From: an uncultured Armatimonadetes bacterium
Lineage (GTDB): Bacteria; Armatimonadota; Hebobacteria; Hebobacterales; Hebobacteraceae
Length of the DNA: 64,000 nucleotides
Direction of reading: 5' to 3'
NCBI GenBank assembly: GCA_963716175.1
Contig: OY970296.1
Coordinates: forward strand, 544,001-608,000
This document shows, piece by piece, positions 55,410-64,000 of the stretch. Within the stretch, counting starts at the first letter, position 1, and every line of letters starts with the position of its first letter. The notes under the pieces are model-generated. The model was not told the DNA's origin, ran no database searches, and was given only the letters and a program-made list of their open reading frames with translations. A program made the position numbers and the translations under genes.

Positions 55410-57032
55410 ATGCCTGGACAAACGGAATCATTGCTGGCCCTCGTGCTCTCCCCAAAGCACGTCAGCGCGGGGGAGGTGCGATTCGTTGATGGCGAGCTCC
55501 AGGTCTCGATCCTGGGCGACATCCCGGTGCCGGAGGGGGCCTTCGACGCCAACCAGATCGCCAATGGCGAGGTGCTGGGACGCGCCCTCGCGGAGTTCAT
55601 GATCCAGAAGCGGCTGACGGCGCGCAAGGCGGTGATGGTGCTTCCCGAGGGATCGAGCATCACCCAGCTCATCAAACTGCCGATAATGCCCCGGGAGGAC
55701 ATGCTAGGCGCGGTGCGGTCGGTGGCGGAGAGGTACGCCATGTTCGCCGAGCACACGATCTCCTCCGACTGCGCCGTGGTAGAGGAGCTGGAGGAAGACG
55801 GAGTGCAGAAGCACAGCGTGCTGCTGGCTGCCTCCCGCGCCGCCAATGTCGAGCAGTGCCAGGAGGCGGCGCGGGTGGCCGGACTCGACCTGGTCTCCGT
55901 CGAGTCTCCAGCAGTGGCCACCGCCAGAAGCTACAGGGATCGCTTCCTCCCCTCACAGGTGGTGGCGCTGGCGGTGGTGGGGGATGTCAAGACCGATGTC
56001 ATGATCTTCGATGGCGGGGTGCTGCGCCTTTGCTACAGCGCCAATGCGGGTCTGCCCGAGCAAGTCGCAGGCGGCGACTGGATGACTCCCCCGCCCGAGC
56101 AGTTCGACCCCTTCACGCCTCCTCCTCAGCTCTACTCGGAGCTGAGCCATTGCTTCCGGTTCTTCCAGAACCAGTTCCCGGCGCGGGCCGTGGAGCGGGT
56201 GATCTTGACCGCGGACCATCCCAAGGCTGATGTCATTGCCTCTCACCTGGCCGCGCAACTGCAGCTGCCAGTAGAACTGGGCCGGCCCAGCCACGAGTTT
56301 CGCCTGCCCCGGGATGTGGATGAGAGCATTGCCAGCGTGGCCCGCAGCCTGACGCTGGCGCTGTTCCGAGGGAGCGCGCTCGCCGGCCTGCACGAGGGGG
56401 AGTACCCGTTCCCAGTGAACCTGTTGCCTCCGTTCCGCGCTGCCTGGGCCCCCATGCGCCAGGTGACCAAGATCGCGGCCGGGGCGATGGCCCTGGTCCT
56501 GGCAGCCTCCGTGCTGTGGGCGGTTGCGATCGCCCGCAAGATCAACAGACAGGAGAGACAGCTCGCCAGTGTGCAGGCCGAGGTCGAACGCCTCCGGCCG
56601 GAGCTGGAGGCGCTTCGTGCTGCCAAGGCCACCGAGCAAGCGCTGCGGAGCGGGGTCGAGCGGGAAACGGCCCGCATCGCCAAGGAGCAGGCGGTCCGCT
56701 GGTCCCAGATTCTGGTAGACGTCTCTCAGCGCCTGCCCCACGACATGTGGCTGACCCAGCTCACCTCACCCGACGACCAGAAGATCAGCCTTACCGGCAT
56801 CGCCACCAATCGGGAGACCATCCCCCTGGCGATCGAATCTCTTGGCACCTCTCCCTATCTGAAGAACGTGGTGCTGGGTTCCCTCACCAAGGATGAACTC
56901 TATGCCCCGGGCCGAGTGGTGATACGCTACCAGATCAATGCTCAGCTGCTGAGGGGGATGTTGCCGCTTCCGCCCAGCAGCCCGTCCACTGCTGCCGCCT
57001 CCCCGGCCCGCCCCAAGGAGACCACCCTATGA
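55410..57032 (+). CDS. pilM: fused PilM-PilN pilus alignment protein
   Basis: Actin-like PilM region, then internal PVNLLP motif, TM helix, coiled coil and PilN domain (WSQIL..VSQRLPHDMWLTQL, ISLTGIA, SPYLKNVVL). Confidence 0.8.
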   Translation: MPGQTESLLALVLSPKHVSAGEVRFVDGELQVSILGDIPVPEGAFDANQIANGEVLGRALAEFMIQKRLTARKAVMVLPEGSSITQLIKLPIMPREDMLGAVRSVAERYAMFAEHTISSDCAVVEELEEDGVQKHSVLLAASRAANVEQCQEAARVAGLDLVSVESPAVATARSYRDRFLPSQVVALAVVGDVKTDVMIFDGGVLRLCYSANAGLPEQVAGGDWMTPPPEQFDPFTPPPQLYSELSHCFRFFQNQFPARAVERVILTADHPKADVIASHLAAQLQLPVELGRPSHEFRLPRDVDESIASVARSLTLALFRGSALAGLHEGEYPFPVNLLPPFRAAWAPMRQVTKIAAGAMALVLAASVLWAVAIARKINRQERQLASVQAEVERLRPELEALRAAKATEQALRSGVERETARIAKEQAVRWSQILVDVSQRLPHDMWLTQLTSPDDQKISLTGIATNRETIPLAIESLGTSPYLKNVVLGSLTKDELYAPGRVVIRYQINAQLLRGMLPLPPSSPSTAAASPARPKETTL

Positions 57033-57703
57033 CCCCCCAGGATCGGATCAAGCGCTACAGCCGGATTGCCGGCCTGGGCGCAGTTGTGGTTTGGACACTG
57101 CTGTGTTTCTTCATCGTCCTCTCGCCCAGGTTGGGGAGGTCGGAGGACCTGAGGCAGCGCGTCGCCACCTCCGGCCGCGAGCTGACCGCGATGCGCAAGG
57201 AGATCGAGGATGCCCGCATCATCGGCGGCCCGGCGCCGGGCGGCGCCCGGTTCGACAGGTTCGGCATCCTTTCGACTGATGAGGAGCAGCTCTTCCTGAG
57301 CGACCTCATTGCCTTCTGCAAGGAGACCACGAACACCCTGAACCTGGTGCGGCGCTCCGAGTTCTCTCATGCTGCCAGCCCGGCCCCGGAGCAGGGGAAG
57401 CAAGGACAACCGGCCACAGGCCAGCCTCAGACCGGCGCCGGCCCCAATCAACCTCCGCAGCCCGTCATCCTGAGGGTGCCTCACACGGTGAGCTTCAATG
57501 GCAGCTTCGTCTCCGCTTTCTACCTGCTGCGGAAGCTGGAGTCGTATCGCCGGTTGCTGACGGTAGAGAGAATGGACCTCACCACCGAACAACAAGTCGG
57601 ATATCCCCAGATCAACGGCAATATCACTATTGAGCTGTATCTGGTGAAGCAGCCCGTGACCAGTACCACCGCCCAGGCCAGTGCGGCCGTGCCCGCTAGT
57701 TAG
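57029..57703 (+). CDS. PilO/GspM-like protein
   Basis: TM + coiled coil; VSFNGSF...LLRKLESYRRLLTVERMDL. ATGA overlap with pilMN. Confidence 0.75.
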   Translation: MTPQDRIKRYSRIAGLGAVVVWTLLCFFIVLSPRLGRSEDLRQRVATSGRELTAMRKEIEDARIIGGPAPGGARFDRFGILSTDEEQLFLSDLIAFCKETTNTLNLVRRSEFSHAASPAPEQGKQGQPATGQPQTGAGPNQPPQPVILRVPHTVSFNGSFVSAFYLLRKLESYRRLLTVERMDLTTEQQVGYPQINGNITIELYLVKQPVTSTTAQASAAVPAS

Positions 57704-57727
57704 CCGCTGGGTGATAGGAGTTTGCGC

Positions 57728-58315
57728 ATGAGATACCAAAGGCAAGATCTGCCCAAGATCATGGTGCTCAGCCTCGTGCTGATCGCGCTCGTGACCTACA
57801 TCGGGGTCAGCTATTCGAAGCTCTCCAGCAGGTATGCGGAGGAAGCGACGGCCCATGAAAGAGAGCATGCTGGGGCGGCATTGGGCAGTCAGGCATCTCC
57901 GAACGCCCAAGGCGCGCCTGCTCCCATTTCCGCCGCCGTCAGTGCTCTCATTGCTCCGGTCCCACCTCCCGAGCGAGACCCGTTCGCGCCAGTGATTGCT
58001 CCCCGCAGGCCGTACGCCGCGTCCGCCGCGCCCTCGGCGAAGGCCAGCAGACGCACCCCACCGGAACCAGTGCTGCCGCCCCTGTCCGAGGGAGAGGCCG
58101 GGGGGCAGCGGGCCAGCGCCAGGGAGTCAATCCTGGCTCTCACCGGAATCATCGTGGGGCCTCCCTACCTGGCCGTGCTTCGCCGCGGCGAAGATCATTT
58201 CATCGTCAAGCAAGGGGACCAGCTCCCCGGCCGGTTCCGCGTCCAGGCAATCACGCGCAACAGCGTCACCCTGAGAGACGGCAAGCAGGAATACGTGCTC
58301 AGGCTCGGGGGCTGA
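57728..58315 (+). CDS. PilP/GspC-like membrane protein
   Basis: TM; RDPFAP motif; LALTGIIVG...AVL...IVKQGDQL...RVQAITRNSVTL. Confidence 0.7.
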   Translation: MRYQRQDLPKIMVLSLVLIALVTYIGVSYSKLSSRYAEEATAHEREHAGAALGSQASPNAQGAPAPISAAVSALIAPVPPPERDPFAPVIAPRRPYAASAAPSAKASRRTPPEPVLPPLSEGEAGGQRASARESILALTGIIVGPPYLAVLRRGEDHFIVKQGDQLPGRFRVQAITRNSVTLRDGKQEYVLRLGG

Positions 58316-58445
58316 AGCAAGCCCCCGGGTTTGCACTTCGGAGGCACGGCGGGCCCTCGGGCCCGCCGTGCCCGTCTGTGTCCCGGCCAGCGACGGGAGG
58401 GACCCCCTTCTTCCGGCCCGAATCTGGAGCCTGGGAGGAACCGAC

Positions 58446-59498
58446 ATGGCCACTATGCTCGCCGCCGTGCTTCACGACTTCGATCAGCTCACCCTGGAGC
58501 AAGTGGCGATCCCGCGCCCGGAGCAGTACGGAGATGTACTAGTCAAGGTTCGCGCTTGTGGGATCTGCGCCACGGACTACAAGGCGATCAAGGGCATCCG
58601 CCGCAATGTCACCTTCCCTGCCATCCTGGGCCACGAGCCCAGCGGCGTGGTGGCCCAGACCGGGACCGGGGTCTCTCAGTTCCAGGTCGGGGACGAGGTG
58701 ATCGTGCAGCCCCTGGGCCACTGTGGCCTCTGCCAGCACTGTCGGGCGGGCAACACCCACTACTGCCAGCATGCCTTCGTCACCGGGGGCGACGGCCCGC
58801 AAGATGTGCGGCCGGGCGCGTTCGCCGAGTACATGCTGACCAAGGAGACGAGTCTCTTCCCCAAGCCCGCGCACCTCAGCTTCGAGGCCGCCGCCATCAC
58901 CGAGCCGCTGGCCGGCGCCTGGAAGGGCGTCGTGCAGTACAGCGGGATGCAGATCGGTGAGGATGTGGTGATCATCGGCGTCGGGAGCATTGGTCTGCTC
59001 TGCTTGATGGTAGCGAAGGCGGCCGGCGCGGCGCGGCTGATCGCGGTAGATCGCAGTGACTACGCGCTGCGCCAGGCCCTGCGACTAGGCGCCACCCATG
59101 CCGTCAATCCCGCTCGGGAGGACGCCCGGAAGCGCGTCTACGAGATCCTCCCGGATGGCCCTGACTTGATCGTGGAGGCCGCGGGCCCGGTCGAGGCCGT
59201 CCGTCTGATGGTGGACCTGCGCCGCCGCGGCACCAGATGGAACGTCTTCGGGATCACCACCCACGAGCAGTTCTGCCTGGACGGCGGGCTCACCCATTTC
59301 CTCGAGGGCCGCATGGATGCCAGCTTCGGCACCACCCCGCTCGCCATGTCCAAGGCCATCCGCCTGATGGAAACTGGGCTGGTGGAGGCGGAGCAGGTCA
59401 TCTCCCACCGCTTCCCGCTCTCGCGCATCCACGAGGCCCTGGAGGTGATGGGCTCACCCGACCGCAACAAGATCATCCTGCAACCCGAGCAAGGCTAG
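58446..59498 (+). CDS. Zn-dependent medium-chain (polyol/threonine-type) dehydrogenase
   Basis: CGICATD, LGHEPSG, structural Zn CGLCQHC..C, GVGSIG. RBS GGAGG. Confidence 0.93.
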   Translation: MATMLAAVLHDFDQLTLEQVAIPRPEQYGDVLVKVRACGICATDYKAIKGIRRNVTFPAILGHEPSGVVAQTGTGVSQFQVGDEVIVQPLGHCGLCQHCRAGNTHYCQHAFVTGGDGPQDVRPGAFAEYMLTKETSLFPKPAHLSFEAAAITEPLAGAWKGVVQYSGMQIGEDVVIIGVGSIGLLCLMVAKAAGAARLIAVDRSDYALRQALRLGATHAVNPAREDARKRVYEILPDGPDLIVEAAGPVEAVRLMVDLRRRGTRWNVFGITTHEQFCLDGGLTHFLEGRMDASFGTTPLAMSKAIRLMETGLVEAEQVISHRFPLSRIHEALEVMGSPDRNKIILQPEQG

Positions 59499-59552
59499 TC
59501 CCGGTAGAGGCGGCTCGCCTGAGCCTTCGGGCTCACCGGGCTGGTTCTTCAG

Positions 59553-60905
59553 CTACAGCTCGAACTGCGGCAGCCATTCCTTGTTCGCGGACAGCATCTC
59601 CTCCAGCATGGGTCGCGCGGTCTCGATCCCTCCCACCAATGGGTCGGTAGCCAGGACAGCCAGCGCCTTGTCGAAACTGCCCTCCACCGCCGCCTCCACC
59701 GTCAGCTCCTCCCGTACCACGTGAGGCAGGACGATGGGCACGAGCTGCCGCGGCAGCGGGCTGGCCAGCGGCCGACAGCCGGTTCCGTCGAGCACTCCTC
59801 GCGTCTCCACCACCGCGCCCGGAGACAGCTCCGGGATCTGGCCGATGTTGGAGGCGTTCACGTTGTCCTCGATGGCCGGGCCCCCCGCCAGGGCGCAGAT
59901 CCAGGCCGCCACGTCGTCACTCTGGCGCGCACCGACCACGTCCGTCGCCTCCGGGAGCTCGAGCTTCTCCTCCCCGCTCAGCCAGCGTTCGATGCGGGCG
60001 CGCGCCCGCGCGTAGTGCCGCTCTCGGTCAGCGATGGTGGTGCGCACTAACCCGTATCTTTTCACATTGTCGAGGCCTTGCAGGAATGTGGGCAGGAATT
60101 CGGTGGTATGGCGATCGCCGACCCCGGGCAGGGCGCCCAGCATCCTCCCTAACATCACCCCGCAGCGGAACTCGTAGAGTGGCCCAAAGACCTTGTCTTC
60201 TTTCGCCTGCGCCGGCGGCAGGCCCAGCCACTTGTCCACGCCCCGCTCAGTCAGCAGCTCCTGTGCGCATCGGCCTTTGACCACGAACTCCGAGAACCAC
60301 GAGCAGTGGTCTATCCCGGTGTTGACATAAGCACAGTCCGTCAGCTCGGCCCCCAGGAACCGGGCGTAGTCGCGCGCCGTGTTCAGCACACCGTGGCAGA
60401 TGCCTAGCGCCCTGATGCTGGTCTCCTTGGTCACCGCCCGGGTGAGCGCGCTGAGGGGGTTCGAGATGTTGAGCATCCACGCCCCCGGGCAGCGCTTCTC
60501 CATTTCCCGCGCCATGCCCAGGAACACCGGCACATTGCGGAGCGCACGGGAAAGGCCGCCAGGGCCGACGGTATCGCCCACGGTCTGGAAGATCCCGTAC
60601 TTCTCCGGCACCTCCAGGTCCACTCGCATAGTCTGCAAGCGGCCGGTGGAAATCGTTACCACCACATAATCGGCCCCGTCCAGGGCCGCGCCCCGATCCG
60701 TGGTCTGCTGGAAAGTGATGGCAGTGCCGGTCAGCTCCTTACATTTGAGCGCGAGCTGATAGGTGAGGGCCAGCGGCTCGGGATTAAGGTCGTGGAGCAC
60801 CACATGGCTACCATTCAGGCGCTTGCTGCCCAGGAGATTCCTGAGCATGCCTGGGGTCCAGCTGTAGCTGCCGCCGCCCACCAAAGTGATCTTCAGGTTC
60901 GCCAC
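59553..60905 (-). CDS. glycoside hydrolase family 4 (NAD+/Mn2+-dependent alpha-glycosidase)
   Basis: KITLVGGGS, QTVGDTVGPGG, NISNP, GICHGV, GIDH, DRHTTEF. Confidence 0.92.
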   Translation of the reverse strand: MANLKITLVGGGSYSWTPGMLRNLLGSKRLNGSHVVLHDLNPEPLALTYQLALKCKELTGTAITFQQTTDRGAALDGADYVVVTISTGRLQTMRVDLEVPEKYGIFQTVGDTVGPGGLSRALRNVPVFLGMAREMEKRCPGAWMLNISNPLSALTRAVTKETSIRALGICHGVLNTARDYARFLGAELTDCAYVNTGIDHCSWFSEFVVKGRCAQELLTERGVDKWLGLPPAQAKEDKVFGPLYEFRCGVMLGRMLGALPGVGDRHTTEFLPTFLQGLDNVKRYGLVRTTIADRERHYARARARIERWLSGEEKLELPEATDVVGARQSDDVAAWICALAGGPAIEDNVNASNIGQIPELSPGAVVETRGVLDGTGCRPLASPLPRQLVPIVLPHVVREELTVEAAVEGSFDKALAVLATDPLVGGIETARPMLEEMLSANKEWLPQFEL

Positions 60906-60939
60906 ATTGCACCTCCAAGGATAAGTGATCTGGGGACTC

Positions 60940-61995
60940 TCAAGCGCGGCCCTGGCACGCCTCCTCGGCTAGCGCCTCGGCGATGGCGGGCATGCTGGCG
61001 GGCCAGGCCGAGTCCGGGATGTTCTCAGTCACCCCCACGATCAGGCCGCGGCCGCCGGCTTCCCGCACGATCCGGCGCGTCTCCTGCTGGATTCGCCCGC
61101 GAGGGGCCAGGTGGAGAGAGGAGGGGAAGTTGATCCAGAGCGTCTTGTCCGGCCAGGCCGAGCGGGCGTCGGCCACCGACATATCGGTGTCAGGCGCGGG
61201 AGTGAAGGCCTCGATCACGTCGAGCGCCGACGCGGCCACCACATCGCTCCACTCCGCGTTGTTCGCGTCCATATGGGAGCCGAGCAGCTTCCCCTTGGCG
61301 TGCAGCAGTTCCCCAAGCTCGTTATAGCAGGGCACACAGTACTTCTGGAACCGCTCTCGTCCGATGATCTCCGGACTGGTATTGCCGCAGTAGATCACGA
61401 GCTCGGCCGGCGAATCCGCGGCGATCGGGTAGGCCTCGCGCTCCTTCTCCCTCAGGGTTCGATAGAGTGAGAAGAACAAGTCCGGGCGCTCGTGTAGATC
61501 CAGGGAAAACCGTTCCAGGCCGAGCAGGTGGACCCGCATCTCCATCAGCGGCGAATAGCTCATATTCCCGCTGACGTAGCCATCTTCGCCGACATTCCTG
61601 ACCGCTTCCAGGAACTGGCCATAGGCCGGTCGGTAGCTAGTATCCTGGATGATGAACTCCATGGTGCGGTAGTCGTCAGGTGTCTTGACGTAGTGATCCA
61701 TGATCCAACTGCTGCCATAGGCCGCCTCCAGGCGGCTGGTCGAGTACACCTCACCCACCGGCGTGCGCAGCGTAGTCCGTCCGTAGGCCACCCCGCGTTC
61801 TTCGTATCGGTGGTACTCCGACTGGACATTCGGCCTCAGCATATCCACCACCGGCACGCGCACCGAGAGTCCGAGCCCCAGGCCGCGAAGCTTCTGCTCC
61901 TCCTCTTCGGGCAGCATTCCAGGGTAGATGGTGAACGGAACCTGGTCCACCGGCTCCTGGCGCAGCGCGGCTGCTATCCTCTCTCTGACGGTCAT
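60940..61995 (-). CDS. uroporphyrinogen decarboxylase / MtaA-superfamily protein (not canonical HemE)
   Basis: MTVRERIAAAL...VDQVPF, TPVGEV, VKTPDDY, GLERF, IGRERFQKY..PCY, SHMDAN, LWINFP. Confidence 0.8.
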   Translation of the reverse strand: MTVRERIAAALRQEPVDQVPFTIYPGMLPEEEEQKLRGLGLGLSVRVPVVDMLRPNVQSEYHRYEERGVAYGRTTLRTPVGEVYSTSRLEAAYGSSWIMDHYVKTPDDYRTMEFIIQDTSYRPAYGQFLEAVRNVGEDGYVSGNMSYSPLMEMRVHLLGLERFSLDLHERPDLFFSLYRTLREKEREAYPIAADSPAELVIYCGNTSPEIIGRERFQKYCVPCYNELGELLHAKGKLLGSHMDANNAEWSDVVAASALDVIEAFTPAPDTDMSVADARSAWPDKTLWINFPSSLHLAPRGRIQQETRRIVREAGGRGLIVGVTENIPDSAWPASMPAIAEALAEEACQGRA

Positions 61996-62008
61996 GTGGT
62001 CGCCGAGC

Positions 62009-63370
62009 TCACCCGCCCCAGAACCGGTGCCTCGGTCGAGCCATCTCGGCCTGCATTTCCGCGAACTCGGGCCGGGCCATCATCTCGCGGGCGAACCGCA
62101 GGGCCGCCTGCCAGGACTGTGTACGGTGGTCGTCCAGGATGATGGCCATCAGGGTGCGCTCGTCCGGGTGGAGCGACATGGCCACGATCTGCTCCGCCAT
62201 CTGCAGCCTGGGCAGGAGAATGTTGCGCATTAACACATCGGGCAGCTTCCCGATGTGGAGAGGTTGAATGCCGCGCCGGGAGCAGACCGCAGGCACCTCC
62301 ACCACCACATCGTGTGGTATCCCCTCGATGGCGCCGCGATTGGGCACATTGACTTGGAGCTCCACCCGGTTGTCATTCCACAACGCGTCAATAAGAGGGA
62401 AATGCTGCTCGTGGGTCGGCCGCGGTGGGAAGACCTCAGTCAGCTTCTTGGAGGCATCCGCCACCGCCGAGTGGACGAGGCCGACCTCCTCGTCCAGATC
62501 CTTGAGGTATTCGCTCCACCCCAGCTCCGAGTCGAACCCGCCCAGGGGCTCGCCGTACCACTTCCGCTTCGTCGCCAGATCGGTGTGGTGCCACCAGCCC
62601 CCCGCCCGGGGCGTATCGCCTACAGGAAACAGCCCCGCCAGCTTGTACAGCTCCACCGCCGCCCGAGACATCTGGTTGTCCCCATAGCTGGGGTGGTAGT
62701 CGCGCCAGAACGCCTCCGATTTATGCTCGATCCACTCGTCCAGCAGCGGGTAGGCGTCCTGCCCATCGTACTCGAAGTCGGTGAGATAGATCACGTGGTT
62801 GAACCCCACCATCTGCGCCCGCACCCGGTTGGGATCCAGCCCCAGGGTCTCGGCGATTTCGCGATAGCCGTAGTGACCGTGGCAGATACCGCACACCTGG
62901 ATGCCGGTGGCCCGCGTCATGGCCGTGCAGCCCTCGAAGACCGGGTTTCCGGCCTGGATCAGCCAGGCCTGTGGGCAGCCGCGTTCCATATCCCGCGCCA
63001 CCGACAACATCAGCCTGACATTCAGGCACTGGCCCAGCCGAAAGCCACGATAATACCCCTGCGCCTCCGTCCAGGCCCGCAGCGCCTCCACCCCCGTGTG
63101 CCCCCCCACCTGCGCCGTGTTGATGACGAAATCCGCTTCTCTCAGCGCCACCTCGCGGTCTGTAGTGCGGGCGAAACTCACCTTCGCACCCAGCTCGCCG
63201 GTGTAACGCTGGGCGAAGCGGTGCATCACCTCGACCCGGTCCTGGTCCACATCCATGAGAGTGACCAGGCTTCCCGCCAGGCTCTCGGCCAGGCAGATGT
63301 CCCGCACCAGTCCGACCGAGAAGGTCGCGCTCCCCGCTCCAATCACGCTCAGCTTGATGGCACGCGCCAC
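62009..63370 (-). CDS. glycoside hydrolase family 4 (AglA/alpha-glucuronidase-like, CHGH motif)
   Basis: IGAGSATFS, DADFVINTA, GYYRG, QAGNPVFEG, ICHGHYG, GFNH, PVGDTPR, NVPNRG. Confidence 0.92.
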   Translation of the reverse strand: MARAIKLSVIGAGSATFSVGLVRDICLAESLAGSLVTLMDVDQDRVEVMHRFAQRYTGELGAKVSFARTTDREVALREADFVINTAQVGGHTGVEALRAWTEAQGYYRGFRLGQCLNVRLMLSVARDMERGCPQAWLIQAGNPVFEGCTAMTRATGIQVCGICHGHYGYREIAETLGLDPNRVRAQMVGFNHVIYLTDFEYDGQDAYPLLDEWIEHKSEAFWRDYHPSYGDNQMSRAAVELYKLAGLFPVGDTPRAGGWWHHTDLATKRKWYGEPLGGFDSELGWSEYLKDLDEEVGLVHSAVADASKKLTEVFPPRPTHEQHFPLIDALWNDNRVELQVNVPNRGAIEGIPHDVVVEVPAVCSRRGIQPLHIGKLPDVLMRNILLPRLQMAEQIVAMSLHPDERTLMAIILDDHRTQSWQAALRFAREMMARPEFAEMQAEMARPRHRFWGG

Positions 63371-63403
63371 TGCTTCCTCCTTGAAACACCAAGTCGCACG
63401 GTG

Positions 63404-64000
63404 TCATTCCGAGCGAGGCACCTCATCTACCGCTACCGTCCGCCCGCTCTCGAACGATCTCTGCATCGCCGCCAGCACCGCCACCGGCCGCAGGTAGCTG
63501 GCCGGCGGCACCGGCTCCACTTTGGTCTCGAACATCCGGCAGAAGCGGCGGATCCCCTCCAGGTAGAGGTTCTCATCGAAGGCCAGTGCCCCGTGGTGCA
63601 CTGTCTGCTCGCCATAGGCGGTAGCAGTGAAGTCGTGGCGCCAGCCGTCCAAGCAGTGCACCACCCCGAAGGCGCCGGAATCGAAGGCGATGGTGGCGAC
63701 GCCATCTGACCCCTGCCGCGAGGTGGAGACCGATAACGGCCGGCCCTCCACCAATCCGAGCATGAGATCCACCTGGTGGATGCCGTAGAAGTAGACGCCT
63801 CCGTACTGGCTCTCGATCTCGACCGGCCCGGCGGTGACCAGGCAGCGCAGCCGACCCAGCCCCTTCATCGCCTCGCCGAAGTTCCGCGCCGACTGCTGCA
63901 GGGGGAGCACGCTGTAGCTGGTGATCGGCACCCGCTTGGCCCGCGCCAGCCGCACGAACTCGAGGCCTTCCTTCAGGTCAATACAGAACGGCTTGTCCAC
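63404..64000 (-). CDS. Gfo/Idh/MocA family oxidoreductase (5' part outside window)
   Basis: (V)DKPF motif, SYSVL, YFYGIHQVD. Confidence 0.8.
   Translation of the reverse strand: MDKPFCIDLKEGLEFVRLARAKRVPITSYSVLPLQQSARNFGEAMKGLGRLRCLVTAGPVEIESQYGGVYFYGIHQVDLMLGLVEGRPLSVSTSRQGSDGVATIAFDSGAFGVVHCLDGWRHDFTATAYGEQTVHHGALAFDENLYLEGIRRFCRMFETKVEPVPPASYLRPVAVLAAMQRSFESGRTVAVDEVPRSE

Overview
GC-rich (roughly two-thirds G+C by eye) bacterial chromosomal segment, probably from Armatimonadota. That is an inference from the DUF1559-type prepilin with an H-X9-DG motif, copper-amine-oxidase-N-domain wall enzymes, URO-D-like and Gfo/Idh/MocA paralogs, and the pilin repertoire. It is densely coding (about 55 CDS plus tRNA-Leu(TAA)). 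In order: tsaD; an orphan minimal SigB/F/G-like sigma factor; two paralogous exported proteins with long RGG/GAR-like tracts; CtpA; DUF1848; a K+ channel-RCK-V4R fusion; a glycogen operon (glgA, GH15, GH57); rpsT; a Mut7-C/transglutaminase-like membrane-protein pair; a membrane-fused spermidine-synthase-like protein; nikR; an alpha-2-macroglobulin operon paired with a VanW protein instead of PBP1C; amidase and L,D-transpeptidase; ftsK; a type IV pilus cluster (pilB, pilC, six pilin-like genes, fused pilMN, pilO/P-like; no secretin, pilT or pilD); and a GH4/URO-D-like/GH4 sugar cluster. No integrase, transposase, prophage or CRISPR array is visible. Several small non-autonomous repeats are present: a 103-bp element in 2 copies, a CTAG-flanked MITE in the nikR leader, GTAG-type REPs, and a palindrome inside a pilin leader. 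Frameshifts at short G/C homopolymers (glgA, ftsK, both RGG genes) most likely reflect long-read assembly errors. All product calls come from motif recognition by eye; no database searches were run.
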